From the NCBI GenBank assembly GCA_964016885.1, contig OZ024741.1:68076001-68140000 (forward strand): a DNA stretch of 64,000 nt. The letters are read 5' to 3'. The notes below the pieces were generated by a model. That model was given only the letters and a program-made list of their open reading frames with translations, searched no databases and was not told where the DNA came from. The position numbers were made by a program, and so were the translations under genes. This document shows positions 1 through 12,778 of the stretch, one piece after another (within the stretch, counting starts at the first letter, position 1; each line of letters begins with the position of its first letter). Source of the DNA: Eledone cirrhosa (taxonomy: Eukaryota).

Positions 1-243
1 ATCATGGTTAGGAATTACCTTGCAGTGTTTCTGGGTATATTTATATGGTGTTGGTTAAATTACATTATTTTTCTGTTACTTTATTTTAGTGGTTCTTTAG
101 TGGTTCTCTATATTCAACATAAGCTTATCGTTGAAACAACATTTTGTAAACCATTTTTCTCTTTTTTTTTTTTTTTTGTAGAATTGGAATTCTTTATCAA
201 ATATAACCTTATATGTATAAATGTGTGGGTGAGTACATATATA

Positions 244-344
244 CAGGGTGTCCCCTAAAAATACATACACACTTCGATTACCTGTACAGGCAATATTTAT
301 TCGAATGCTGTTGAAGTGTATATACATGTTTATGGTACACCCTG
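244..344. mobile_element. ~100-bp Tc1/mariner-type MITE
   Basis: TA|CAGGGTGTCCC...GGTACACCCTG|TA: terminal inverted repeats flanked by TA, no coding capacity. Confidence 0.7.
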
Positions 345-494
345 TAAATGTACGTGTATTTGAGTGTGTGTGTGTGTGTGTGTTTGTGTATGTGTGTGTG
401 CGTGTGCAATAAGTATTATTTCACATTACCACAGAATGGTGTGTACTTTCGTTTCCCTAATTGAATTTCACACCAGTATGATATGACTAGTCGT

Positions 495-495
495 G

Positions 496-526
<31 letters not shown>

Positions 527-558
527 ATATATATATAAATATATATACAAATATATAC

Positions 559-628
<70 letters not shown>

Positions 629-709
629 TTACATATATATATATACATATATATATGTATATATATATATACATATATATATATACACACTCATGTATAT
701 ATACAGTAT

Positions 710-740
<31 letters not shown>

Positions 741-796
741 CTATATATATACATGAGTGTGTGTTTGTGTGTCTGTGTCTCTGTGTGTGTGTGAGT

Positions 797-875
<79 letters not shown>
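495..875. repeat. (TA)n followed by (TG)n microsatellites
   Basis: Direct reading; source of the YI/CV/HT junk ORFs. Similar tracts recur throughout 1-33 kb. Confidence 0.95.
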
Positions 876-876
<1 letters not shown>

Positions 877-1139
877 AGTTATGCTTGTTTGTGTGTATCT
901 GCTTTATATGCATTTCTACTATTAGGTGTATATGCAACTTGCACAGTGCAAGTATCTTCGTATCATTTCGTGTTTGTGTATTCTTCAATATACTCTCATA
1001 CCCATGTTTATACGATGAATCAAAACACGTATGTATATATATGTATATATATGTGTATATGTGTTTATATGAGTGTTCACGTGATTGTGCATATGTATGT
1101 TTGTATGAATGTATATACGTACGCATAATATGTTTATAT

Positions 1140-1140
<1 letters not shown>
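700..1140 (+). repeat. Copy 1 of a direct duplication (copy 2 at ~10595-11300)
   Basis: Non-microsatellite core AGTTATGCTTGTTTGTGTGTATCTGC...CATAATATGTTTAT at 877-1138 is near-identical to 11041-11302. Confidence 0.9.
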
Positions 1141-1214
<74 letters not shown>

Positions 1215-1367
1215 TGCACACATATATATATATGCATGTATCGGTTTACCGAACATTTATTATAATGCTCGGTTTGTTTGTTTGTTTGTAAACAAACAAA
1301 CAGCCCGAATTACGCCGTACAGTGTTTAGGCAACCACGTCACCTTTTTGTTCAACACTGACACAGGA

Positions 1368-1410
1368 ACGATGTACTAGTTTCAAGTTTATTAGCTATCG
1401 TCAGCATCGT
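1368..1410 (-). ncRNA. Minimal type I hammerhead ribozyme
   Basis: Minus strand ACGATG-CTGACGA-TAGCTAATAAACTT-GAAA-CTAG-TA-CATCGT: stem I ACGATG/CATCGT, palindromic stem III, GUA cleavage triplet. Confidence 0.85.
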
Positions 1411-1667
1411 AAACCTTCCTGCCAGATGGTTGAACGTCTGAAAGTATATACTTTCCTTATGTATATTAAAGGCTGAGCAGCCTAATTTGCATGTCGAGTG
1501 AGTTCAGTCGGCCGGGCACACCGAAAACGATAAATGGAATAGAATGAAACGAAATTTCAATTCTCACTCTTAGTACGGCACTTACTTAAATGTAAGTATG
1601 TATGTATGTATACGTAAATACATATATGTTGCCTAAAGACTGTACGGCGTAATTCGGGCTGTTTATG

Positions 1668-1818
<151 letters not shown>

Positions 1819-1876
1819 ATATATATATATATGCTTACATATATATATACATATGTATATATATATATATACTATG

Positions 1877-1936
<60 letters not shown>

Positions 1937-2193
1937 CACAAACAGCCCGAATTACGCCGTACAGTCTTTAGGTAACATATATGTATGTACGTATACATAC
2001 ATACATACTTACATTTAAGTAAGTGCCGTACTGAGAGTGAGAAATGAAATTTCGTTTCATTCTATCCCTTTTATCGTTTTCGGTGTGCCCGGCCGACTGA
2101 ACTCACTCGACATGCAAATTAGGCTGCTCAGCCGTTAATATGCATAAGGAAAGTATATACTTTCAGACGTTTAACCATCTGGCAGGAAGGTAT

Positions 2194-2236
2194 ACGATGC
2201 TGACGATAGCTAATAAGCTTGAAACTAGTACATCGT
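2194..2236 (+). ncRNA. Minimal type I hammerhead ribozyme
   Basis: ACGATG-CTGACGA-T AGCT AATA AGCT T-GAAA-CTAG-TA-CATCGT. Confidence 0.88.
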
Positions 2237-2526
2237 TCCTGTGTCAGTGTTGAACAAAAAGGTGACGTGGTTGCCTAAACACTGTACGGCGTAATTCAGG
2301 CTGTTTGTTTGTTTACAAACAAACAAACCGAGCATTATAATAAATGTTCGGTAAACCGATACGTGCATGTACATGTGTGTGCATGTATATATGTGTGCAT
2401 GTATGTATATACATACTACTGTACGTCTGTATACATATATGTATGTACGTATACATACATACATACTTACATTTAAGTAAGGGCCGTAATAACAGTGAGA
2501 AATGAAATTTCGTTTCATTCTATTCC

Positions 2527-2587
<61 letters not shown>

Positions 2588-2615
2588 TGTATATATATAT
2601 ATATATATATATATA

Positions 2616-2727
2616 GGAACAAGTAAGACCCCGACGGCTGAGCTCAAGCCGTTTCGACGGCTAATTCTGTACTGAATGAAAATTTATTCTGGTATTTAAA
2701 TAGCCGAGCTTATCAAGGGGTAATTCC
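2616..2727 (-). ncRNA. Type I hammerhead with U3-A8 core variant and long stem II
   Basis: Minus strand GGAAT-T-ACCCC-TTGATAA-GCTCGGCTA..~40 nt..TAGCCGTC-GAAA-CGGCT TGAGCTC AGCCG-TC-GGGGT-CTTACTT-GTTCC. Confidence 0.75.
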
Positions 2728-3123
2728 ATATATGGTCAAAGAGATAATCACCAGGATTGGTCACATCAGAAGTTAGTAGTAAATCTGTGATGGCAAATTG
2801 GTGGGGGAAGGGGTAGCTAAACCTGCCGGTAGGAGAAAAAGGGAGAGGGGGTGGAGTAGACCCATTCATGCGTTGGTAGTGCCAACTACAGCTGGGCGTG
2901 AGGTCAAAGAGGATACTGGGGAGGGGGAGGGGGAGGTCGAAACGGTAAGTAGAACAATGACGAGTAAAACTATAAAAGGTACTGAGAGAGAAAAAAAAAA
3001 AATAATAATAATAATAAGCAAAGTCTGGTTACTAAGACTTAAGTCTCTCGCTATTGCTAGGCTAAAGAAATACATAAATAAATAAATAAACAAATAAGTG
3101 AATAAAAGAATAGATAAATAAAT

Positions 3124-3160
<37 letters not shown>

Positions 3161-3888
3161 GAAGAATAAAAAAATAAATAATAATAATAAAAATAAACTA
3201 AGTGGGACGGAAATAAAGGGACCCTATACGAGGTATAAGTGCGTGTATCGTACGGTGACGGGTCAACAAAGGGGGGGGGGGGGGAAATACTAAAGGGACT
3301 ACCACGAAATAATAAAGGTTTCCACCCCAATCACAGGGCCAGCAACCACCCAGTGCAAGAAAGTAAACTAGTACGAGAATATAATTCAGGGTCCCGCAAA
3401 AAAATACTAGTGCTAACTCTAAGGGTACCGCCACGAAACAAAAAGTCTTATACAAGCTACATGAAAGATCGTACGAAGTAAAAGTAAAGAACGGAAAATT
3501 AATACAGGAACACCCCCCACCCCCACCCACCCACCCCAAAAAAGGGGAAAAGAAATACTGGATAAACGAGAAATTAAAGCAAAGATGCCACTAAGAAATA
3601 TAGAAGGCACGGGAAAATGGGACAGCGGTCGGAGAAGGGGGCGAGTATCCGAAGTCTAACACCTCTGATATAAAAAGCGGAGTCAGCCAAATCTATCATA
3701 GAATAGGGGAGGGGGTGGGGGTGCTGAAGCTACATGGGACCGATGGGCTACCTCGGGTGGGCGAGAAAAAGATGACGTCAAAGAAAAGGAACTGGGGTAG
3801 AAGGACTAGGGAGGGATGGGGGAAGGAGGAAATATAGAGGAAGCGATAAAAGAATGTAAAAGAAGATCTTACGTCTCCATTTGTCAGC

Positions 3889-4707
3889 TAATGAGAAGAT
3901 ATTCGATGAACATGCGCCTTACTACAATCAGGCCCTCAAGCGGAGTGGTTTCCGGGAGAAAATATCCTACTGTCCAGCTCCCATTAGCGGAACCAGCAGG
4001 CGACACCGCCGCTCACGCAATGTAGCATGGTTCAATCCTCCCCACAACGCCGAGGTGACAACTCCCATCGGGAAAATTTTCTTTAGGCTCATTGGAAAAC
4101 ACTTCCCACCACAACACCGCTACCACAACAAAATTAACAAAAATACCATCAAACTCTCTTACAGCACTACACCTAACTTCGCACAAAACATCGTCTCCTC
4201 CAACAACAAAAAACTCAACCCCGATGGAAGAAACAATCTAAATAGCAGTGGAGAGCCGACCAGGAGGTGCAACTGTCCTGATAGATCCAGTTGCCCCCTC
4301 GACAACAGATGCAGAGACCGTAATGTGATCTACCAGTGCAACGTGAGCACGGACACCTCCAACAAAGCTTATATAGGATTAACCGCATGCGACTTCAAGA
4401 CCCGGCTATACCAACACAGACATACCTTCCGAAACCCGGCCCGGCGTCACGCCACTACACTTTCGGGCCACATATGGGACCTCAAGGACAACAACATCAA
4501 CTATGATCTCACTTGGAAATTACTTCCAGAGCCAATCCTTACACGGGAGGACGCCGTCCGTGCAATTTATGCTCGGAGGAAACATTACAAATGCTGTTTT
4601 GGACGGACCAACTCCTAAACAAGAAAGATGAACTGGTTACTGCATGTAAACACCGATTACGTAGGACTTACCTCGCCCTCAAACCCCATAATGACCCGGG
4701 GACGTAG
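3889..4707 (+). pseudogene. Penelope RT C-terminus/linker plus GIY-YIG endonuclease remnant, frameshift near 4515
   Basis: WFNPP motif, CNC..CPL..C linker, VIYQ...KAYIGLT (GIY-YIG), HRHTF, C-terminal CNLC..E..LLNKKDEL...CKH in the second frame. Confidence 0.9.
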
Positions 4708-5479
4708 ACTAGGGCTATAACACCCCACTTGCCTATTTTGTAATGGGTACGCCCTGCTTGCCAATGGAGACGTAAGATCTTATTTTACATTCTTTTATCG
4801 CTTCCTCTATATTTCCTCCTTCCCCCATCCCTCCCAAGTCCTTCTACCCCAGTTCCTTTTCTTTGTCGTCGTCTTTTTCTCGCCCACCCGAGGTAGAACA
4901 TCGGTCCCTTGTAGCTTCAGCACCCCGACCCCTCCCCTATTCTATGATAGATTTGGCTGACTCCGCTTTTTATATCAGAGGTGTTAGACTTCGGATACTC
5001 GCCTCCTTCTCCGACCGCTGTACCTTTTTTCCGTGCCTTCTATATTTCTTAGTGGCATCTTTGCTTTAATTTCTCGTTTATCCAGTATTTCTTTTTCCCT
5101 TTTTTTTGGGGGGGGGAGGGTGTTCCTGTATTAATTTTCCGTTCTTTCCTTTTACTTCGTACGATCTTTCATGTAACTTGTATAAGACTTTTTGTTTCGT
5201 GGCGGTACCCTTAGCGTTAGCACTAGTATTTTTTTGCAGGTCTCTGAATTATATTCTCGTACTAGTTTACTTTCTTGCACTGGGTGGTTGCTGGCGCTGT
5301 GATTGGAGTGGAAACCTTTATTATTTCGTGGTTGTCTCTTTAGTATTTTGCCCCCCCCCCCCCTCCCCTTTGTTGACCCGTCACCGTACGATACACGCAC
5401 TTATACCTCGTATAAGGGTCCCTATATTTCCGTCCCACCTAGTTTATTTTTATTATTATTATTTATTTTTTTATTCTTC

Positions 5480-5515
<36 letters not shown>

Positions 5516-5995
5516 TTTAAAATTTATTTATCTATTCTTTTATTCACTTATTCTTTTATTCACTTATTTGTTTATTTATTTATTTATGTATTTCTTTAGC
5601 CTAGCAATAGCGAGAGACTTAAGTCTTAGTAACCAGACTTTGCTTATTTTTTTTTTCTCTCTCTCAGTACCTTTTATAGTTTTACCCTTCATTGTTCTAC
5701 TTACCGTTTCGACCTCCTCCCCCTCCCCTCCCCAGTATCCTCTTTGACCTCACGCCCAGCTGTAGCTGGCACTACCAACGCATGAATGGGTCTACTCCAC
5801 CCCCTCTCCCTTTTTCTCCTACCTGCAGGTTTAGCTACCCCTTCCCCCACCAATTTGCCATCACAGATTTACTACTAACTTCTGATGTGACCAATCCTGG
5901 TGATTATCTCTTTGACCATATATGGAATTACCCCTTGATAAGCTCGGCTATTTAAATACCAGAATAAATTTTCATTTAGTACAGAATTAGCCTTC

Positions 5996-6034
<39 letters not shown>

Positions 6035-6036
<2 letters not shown>

Positions 6037-6826
6037 TAATAAAAGCAATGAATAAAAACAAAGAAACAGTTCCTTATATTAAAAATTCATCATTTTACGA
6101 TCGTTTCTAGGATATATATGTGTGTGTTGGTATGTATATCATATAGATCTATGTAAAAATTTTACAAACTATCAGAGGGAATATACATACCTACACATAT
6201 ATATATGCTGTCTTCAGAAATAATGATATTTGTTTATTCAAAAAAAACAACACAAGATTTAATATAATTGAACTGTTTGGGAACAGGTTTAGAATTGACC
6301 AATAGAAAAGTAGTAAGTGGTCAAGTTGATAGAATAGTAGGAGTAGAAATTTAATTTAGGGGTAGAGGAATGCAGACTTCAGTTTTGAATGGAAAGAATA
6401 CTTTGAATGAAAAGATTACTTTGGGGTGAAGAAGAGGTCAAGCCGGAGAAAAGTACACGAAAATTTGATGTTATTAAAGAATAATGCTAATGTTAAAATA
6501 GAAGGAGAATAAAATTTTAGGATAAATGTGTTAATGAGAAATACCAATCTTATTTAAAACATAAGGAATTAAGATATATAAAAAGAATTGAAATTAATTT
6601 AATTGATAGGTATACTTATAGGGATAAATTTATATTAATTCATATAGATGTGATAAACAAGAGTTAGATGATATTAAAGAATGTTGTTAAAAACGAAGGA
6701 AAAAAAAATGAAGGAAAAAAATGTTGGGGGGATAAATGTATTAGTGAGAAATAACAAACTTATATAGACAAGGAATTTAGATTCATAACAGGAAATTAAA
6801 ATAGTTTATATGTATACTTATAGGTA

Positions 6827-6828
<2 letters not shown>
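6035..6828 (-). mobile_element. Non-coding HHR-bearing repeat (probable Penelope pLTR/3' UTR fragment); related copies at 31168-31565 and, inverted, 31590-31803
   Basis: Shared sequence AAAGAAACAGTTCCTTATATT...GATCGTTTCTAGGATATATATG...; flanked by (TA)n. Confidence 0.7.
6090..6226 (-). ncRNA. Minimal-stem-III type I hammerhead with ~100-nt stem II hairpin
   Basis: Minus strand TCATTATTT-CTGAAGA-[long hairpin]-GAAA-CGATCG-TA-AAATGA. Confidence 0.65.
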
Positions 6829-6897
<69 letters not shown>

Positions 6898-6912
6898 TTC
6901 GAATGAAAAGAT

Positions 6913-6994
6913 CCTTCTGACGAGAGTTTTTCTTAGCAACGGATGCCGTATTGACTCCGTTTATTCTTGAGACTCGAAACCGATTCGGTAAAGG
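6913..6994 (+). ncRNA. Type I hammerhead ribozyme in a ~170-bp solo module between two (TA)n tracts
   Basis: CCTT-CTGACGA-GAGTTTT..AACGGA..TCCGTT..GAGACTC-GAAA-CCG ATT CGG-TA-AAGG; all core nucleotides canonical, G10.1-C11.1 present. Confidence 0.85.
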
Positions 6995-7062
6995 TAACTA
7001 TAGTAGGTAAAGTTAATTTTTTTAAATTTATTTTGAAACTTTTTCTTATTTGCTAAACCTTG

Positions 7063-7131
<69 letters not shown>

Positions 7132-7353
7132 TTCATTTGATTTATTGATCTATTGATATTTTTTCTGAATTTCCCGAATCTTCCAGATCGCAATTTTTCG
7201 GTCGTACGGTTGATTATAGACTTGTTCTATGTGTGACTGTATTTTAACGATAGTTATAGCTCTGATTTATCTGAATTATTGAGCCCTCTGCCGCTCATTT
7301 CGAATTTTGTTTATCGTGAACTCGTGCGCCGATTTTTCGATACTCGATTATTC

Positions 7354-7420
<67 letters not shown>

Positions 7421-7441
7421 TGGTTACACAACAGTTAGTTC

Positions 7442-7499
7442 ACCATACCGAGAACAATTGTTTCACATTCGCGGATCTTCAGCTCGGGATGTGTATGGT
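7442..7499 (-). ncRNA. Minimal type I hammerhead in Penelope pLTR
   Basis: Minus strand ACCATA..CCGAG-CTGAAGA-TCCGCGAATGT-GAAA-CAATTG-TT-CTCGG-TATGGT; stem II weakened relative to the other copy. Confidence 0.72.
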
Positions 7500-7669
7500 T
7501 ATAGGAACAGGAAGGACAACCGTACGAATGCGCATGAGCAGAAACTCGGTCACTTCACACAGGCAATACTAGACTGCGTGCGGGAGGTGTAAGGGAGATA
7601 ACTGCGAAAGTCCGGAAAGTTTTTAGGTTGAAAATAAAATTTAAAAAATTAAAATAAAATTACAAAGAA

Positions 7670-9795
7670 TCAGCCAGGAGCCTTGTAGTTATGCAATAGA
7701 TGTTTGGTGACGTGTGGACAACGTGTGAAAAATTCACTTCTCGTGTTTAGGCAATCACTATTGCGTAATCTCTTTAGGATAGTTATTCGTTCGTCAATAC
7801 ATAAGCCACACGTCGGATTTCCCCTTGCGTATGGCTTGGACTTAGTGATGGCTTTCCATTGAATGGAGTAGCCTATACTTGAGTCCTTGAGGGACCATAC
7901 GTGGCTCGCGAGTTTCGTGGATGAACGTCTGTCCGGGTGTCTGAAGGTAGACTGGTGGTTCAGGAAACGCTCCTTGAATCGGCCCTCCGCCCTGCCCACA
8001 TAGGATTTGACCTCCTGTGGTTCGTTTGGTCGGTTGGAAGTGACCACAGCTTCATAGATTACAGCTGGTGTGTTGCATTGCTGTTGAAGGTGGAAAGCTT
8101 CAGGCTTACGGCGAGAGCACCCTGGTGGGGTGTTGCTCCTAGGTCTGCTGGTGATGTGGGCCTTCATGTTCTTAGCGCATGAGTATCCTAGTTTAACTTT
8201 GTGTCGGTCAAAGATGGAGCGGTATTTATGACCTATGGGGAAGTGTCTTTCTAAGAGGGCTAGAAATCTTTTGCCTACATTGGTTTTAACGTTGAGTGAG
8301 AAGGGAGGAGAGAACCAGATAGTTTGTCTATTGATGCGCTTACTTTTCTTAATGGTGTTGTTGCTAGTGGGAGAGTAGGTGATATGTTGTGAGAAGCCGC
8401 TGTTAGCCAACGCCGTGTTATAGCAGGGTGCCGCCCTGTCAAAGATAGCCTTATTAGAGGAGAGGTTTAAGATTCTAGTACTGATATTCTTAACGAAGTT
8501 TCTAGAAACCGTGGGGGGGGGGGCATGAGTCCTTGTGAATGTAATTAAGTTTCTCGTTTAGCTTATGGAAGGGCCTGTGGGTGTGTGTGCGAAGGTCTAA
8601 ATTAATGTCTAAGAAATCTACGCTAGAGAGGTTGGTGGCTACTGTTATCCTAAGGTCTAACTCATTGAAGGTAGAAGCTAAGTCTTTTTTAAACCGGTCG
8701 AGGTCGTGACCACTTTTATGGCTCGATAAAGTCAGTCCATCGTCGCGGTATATTCCCGTGTGGATGTCCGGGAATCTAACACGTAATATGTCTAAGATAA
8801 AAAGGCCAACCAAGTCGCATACGTCAGCACTTTCAAACGATCCCATGATGGAGACGTCGAACAGGTCTGAAGACGTAGACTTCTTTGCCCAGGCTACTCC
8901 GTCGTTGAAGAGGAGGGTTTTCCGGCAGTGGGCGATGATTTCCCTGTCTATACCATCGACGGTGGTGTAAGTGGTAGCAAAGTCCAACGCTTTGTTTAAC
9001 AGGATCTCTGAGATCGACGGGTAAAAATCGACAATGTCAAACTGTGTGAACTTCGCTTTTGGGGATTTTAAGGAGTTAAACCACTTAATTACGGAGTCGC
9101 TGTTCTCCCACTGGGGCAGGTTGGACTTGGTCCTAATGGTCTTAACTATGTTTCTAAATTATGGCCTTACTGACTAGTCCAATATCTGTGCATGTCGGGT
9201 TTATTAGTCTACATGTGGGGTTAGAAGTAAAGTCTACCTTGTGATCTTTCAGGGCGAGGAACGCCTCCCGCTTAGCTAGAGATTGTAGCTTCTTATCTAC
9301 CTTAAGGTCGGTGGCGAGTTCTTTGGCTTCTGTATTATTGTCGTGGTAGGCCATAAGGTTAGCTTTCTTATATTTAGGAGTAATAGCGTTATGGGGCAGG
9401 TGGCGGAAAGTGGTGTTGTCGACTTCGTAAATATTATTAGTTTTGTCGGAAAGGACGAAGGTATTATTAGAAGACCTAAATTTCTTAATATCGTTTCTGA
9501 GTTTCGTTTGAAAGGTGTTAGTGTGTTTGCGAAAGGAAATGTTAGCGACTAAGTCAAGAAGGTCCGTCTCGAAAGGAGCAAGTTCGGTTACCTTAGGAGG
9601 GTAGGCTCTCGATTTCAGGTTGAAGGTGTTGTTTGTGCCTGTAATGTTGCCGTCGAAAGCTAGGGCTCGCCATCTTAAGCGTCTGACGACATCTTCCGCT
9701 TTTTGTAGGAGGAGCTTTTGGTAAGCATGGTTGGAGGGAGTTGGAATGTTCTTCAGGGAGTAATTCAGTTCGTATAAATCCATACTGATGTTCAT
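7670..9795 (-). pseudogene. Penelope RT-GIY-YIG polyprotein with at least 2 frameshifts
   Basis: SDKT..IY, KDHK....CRLINP, FDIVDFYPSI, MGSF..A..CDLVG, IYRDDGL, FLDI, WFSPP, VIYE..SYVG, CGLC..E, LNTRSE...CPH. Confidence 0.92.
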
Positions 9796-10347
9796 TAGAC
9801 GCAAAATTGTGTAGGACACGAGGATATATAGAGCGTTCTCAGGGTAGTAAGCCAAACTGGCAGGTGGTGAAGAATCTGTTTCCTGAACCACCAGTCTACC
9901 TTCAGATACCCGGACAGACGTTCATCCACGAAACTCGCGAGCCACGTATGGTCCCTCAAGGATTCAAGTATAGGCTACTCCATTCAATGGAAAGCCATCA
10001 CTAAGTCCAAGCCATACGCAAGGGGAAATCCGACGTGTGGCTTATGTATTGATGAACGAATAACTATCCTAAAGAGATTACGCAATAGTGATTGCCTAAA
10101 CACGAGAAGTGAATTTTTCACACGTTGTCCACGCGTCACCAAACATCTATTGCATAACTACAAGGCTCCTGGCTGATTCTTTGTAATTTTATTTTTAATT
10201 TTTTTTATTTTATTTTCAACCTAAAAGCTTTCCGGACTTTCGCAGTTATCTCCCTTACACCTCCCGCACGCAGTCTAGTATTGCCTGTGTGAAGTGACCG
10301 AGTTTCTGCGCATGCGCGTTCGTACGGTTGTCCTTCCTGTTCCTATA

Positions 10348-10405
10348 ACCATACACATCCCGAGCTGAAGATCCGCGAAGGTGAAACAATTGTTCTCGGT
10401 ATGGT
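10348..10405 (+). ncRNA. Minimal type I hammerhead in inverted Penelope pLTR
   Basis: ACCATA-CACATC-CCGAG-CTGAAGA-T CC GCGAA GG T-GAAA-CAATTG-TT-CTCGG-TATGGT; palindromic stem III. Confidence 0.8.
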
Positions 10406-10594
10406 GAACTAACTGTTGTGTAACCACTTCTACCTAACTCGTCCCATGGACTGAGTGCTCAACCACTACGGATATTGCCTTCCAGTGTTCCACCACTATA
10501 TATATATATATATATAGTGGTGGAACACTGGAAGGTAATATCCGTAGTGGTAGAGCACATATATATATATATATATATATATAGTCTACCACTA

Positions 10595-10727
10595 CGTATA
10601 TATATATATATACTGTATATATACATGAGTGTGTGTGTATGTGTGTCTTTGTGTATCTGTGTATCTGTGTCTGTGTGTCTGTGTGTCTGTGTATGAGTGT
10701 GTGTGTGTGTGCGTGTGTGTCTGTGTA

Positions 10728-10763
<36 letters not shown>

Positions 10764-11008
10764 TGTGTGAGTGTCTGTGTGTCTGTGTGTCTGTGTGTCT
10801 GTGTGTCTGTGCCTGTGTGTGTGTGAGTGTGTGAGTGTGTCTGTGTGTGTGTGAGTGTGTATGTGTGTGTGTATGTGAGTGTGTTTGTGTGCCTGTGTGT
10901 CTGTGTGTCTGTGTCTGTGTGTGTGTGCCTGTGTGTGAGTGTGTGCCTGTGTGTGTGTGTCTGTGTGAGTGTGTGAGTGTGTGTCTGTGTGTGTGTGTGT
11001 GTGAGAGT

Positions 11009-11040
<32 letters not shown>

Positions 11041-11295
11041 AGTTATGCTTGTTTGTGTGTATCTGCTTTATATGCATTTCTACTATTAGGTGTATATGCA
11101 ACTTGCACAGTGCAAGTATCTTCGTATCATTTCGTGTTTGTGTATTCTTCAATATACTCTCATACCCATGTTTATACGATGAATCAAAACACGTATGTAT
11201 ATATATGTATATATATGTGTATATGTGTTTATATGAGTGTTCACGTGATTGTGTATATGTATGTTTGTATGAATGTATATACGTACGCATAATAT

Positions 11296-11302
<7 letters not shown>
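10595..11302 (+). repeat. Copy 2 of the direct duplication with 700-1140 (expanded TG tract)
   Basis: Same unique core as 877-1138. Confidence 0.9.
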
Positions 11303-11350
<48 letters not shown>

Positions 11351-11392
11351 TATATATTTATATTTATATATATATATATGTGTGTGTATATG

Positions 11393-11425
<33 letters not shown>

Positions 11426-11483
11426 TATATATACATATACACATATATATATATATATATATATAAATATAAATATATATATA

Positions 11484-11574
<91 letters not shown>

Positions 11575-11894
11575 GTATATATACTGTTAAAGAAACAACA
11601 TTCACACCTGTGTAAGCATCAGGGTTCAAATACGTTTGCCGCCAAAACTCTCTCTTTTACATCGTCTTGATTTGTTTAGATGTCTGTGTCAGTTCTTTGG
11701 GGTGATGTCTTGAAGATGGTGGCCGTCAGAAGGTTCCACAAAAAAAATGTTATGTTTAATTTGTGTTATCTAGAACTAGTTCTGTCACCTAGTGTATTAG
11801 TACAGACCGGCTGGGAGAGAATGTGTGAGAGAAATGGGGAGAGGAAAGTCATAAGTAGTAAGAGAGAGTGAGCAAAGGAGAAATAGATAACTCG

Positions 11895-12016
<122 letters not shown>

Positions 12017-12074
12017 GGGGGGGGGGGAGAGAGAGAGAGAGAGAGAGACAGACAAGCAGAAAGATATATGTATG

Positions 12075-12106
<32 letters not shown>

Positions 12107-12345
12107 ATAGAGAGAGAGAGCGCGAGAGAGAGAGAGACGAGAGACGAGAGACGAGAGAGAGATAGATAGATTGATAGATAGATAGATAAATGTTGAGTAT
12201 ATGTAAATGTTTACGGTTGTGTTCACACACTCAAGTGAATATGTCAATATAAATATATTAGAAGTCACACCGTTTGCAGCAATGTTTTTCCACGTAGGCT
12301 TCTGTTAGTTTACACGTGTTTGGAATAGTGTGAAAATGTATATAT

Positions 12346-12383
<38 letters not shown>

Positions 12384-12778
12384 GAGAGAGTGTGAGAGAG
12401 GGAGGAGAAGAATATATTGAAACAGAGAGCTGTGAGGGAGTGAAGTGGGAATAAGATGGAGAGATGAATGCGGCAGATGACTGCAAGCGAGAGTGAGACT
12501 TAGGTGTGAAAGAGATAGAAAGAAAGTGAAAGTGGAATAATGAAGATAGCTTGATAGATAGATTTCTTTATTTACCATAAAGGCATAAAAAGAAGGGACA
12601 AATACAAAGGGGGGAGTTTACATATAATCGAGTAAAAAGGGTGTAACATGAAAATAATCGAAAATAACCTCAAAAGGGAGGGGACGTGATGGGGGTTGCA
12701 CACACCCCCGAAAAAGTGTGCAATCCTTTGCCCGGGGAGCACATTGAGAAGGTGCTCCCCTCTCCTTTACTTCTTTAC

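Larger units (their letters stand above)
2616..5998 (+). mobile_element. 5'-truncated Penelope-like element (Naiad-like) with inverted pseudo-LTR, inserted in (TA)n
   Basis: About 1.2-kb inverted repeats (~2655-3881 and ~4763-5998) flank a GIY-YIG-coding remnant; TA tracts lie on both sides. Confidence 0.9.
7419..10496 (-). mobile_element. Near full-length Penelope-like element (Naiad-like) with inverted pLTR
   Basis: RT plus GIY-YIG ORF pieces on the minus strand; 9878-10428 is an inverted copy of 7419-7968; (TA)n flanks. Confidence 0.92.

Noticed and set aside
7670-9795. Selenocysteine read-through as in some Naiad Penelope elements
   Set aside because: The ORF breaks are frameshifts ending in TAG, not in-frame TGA at Cys positions
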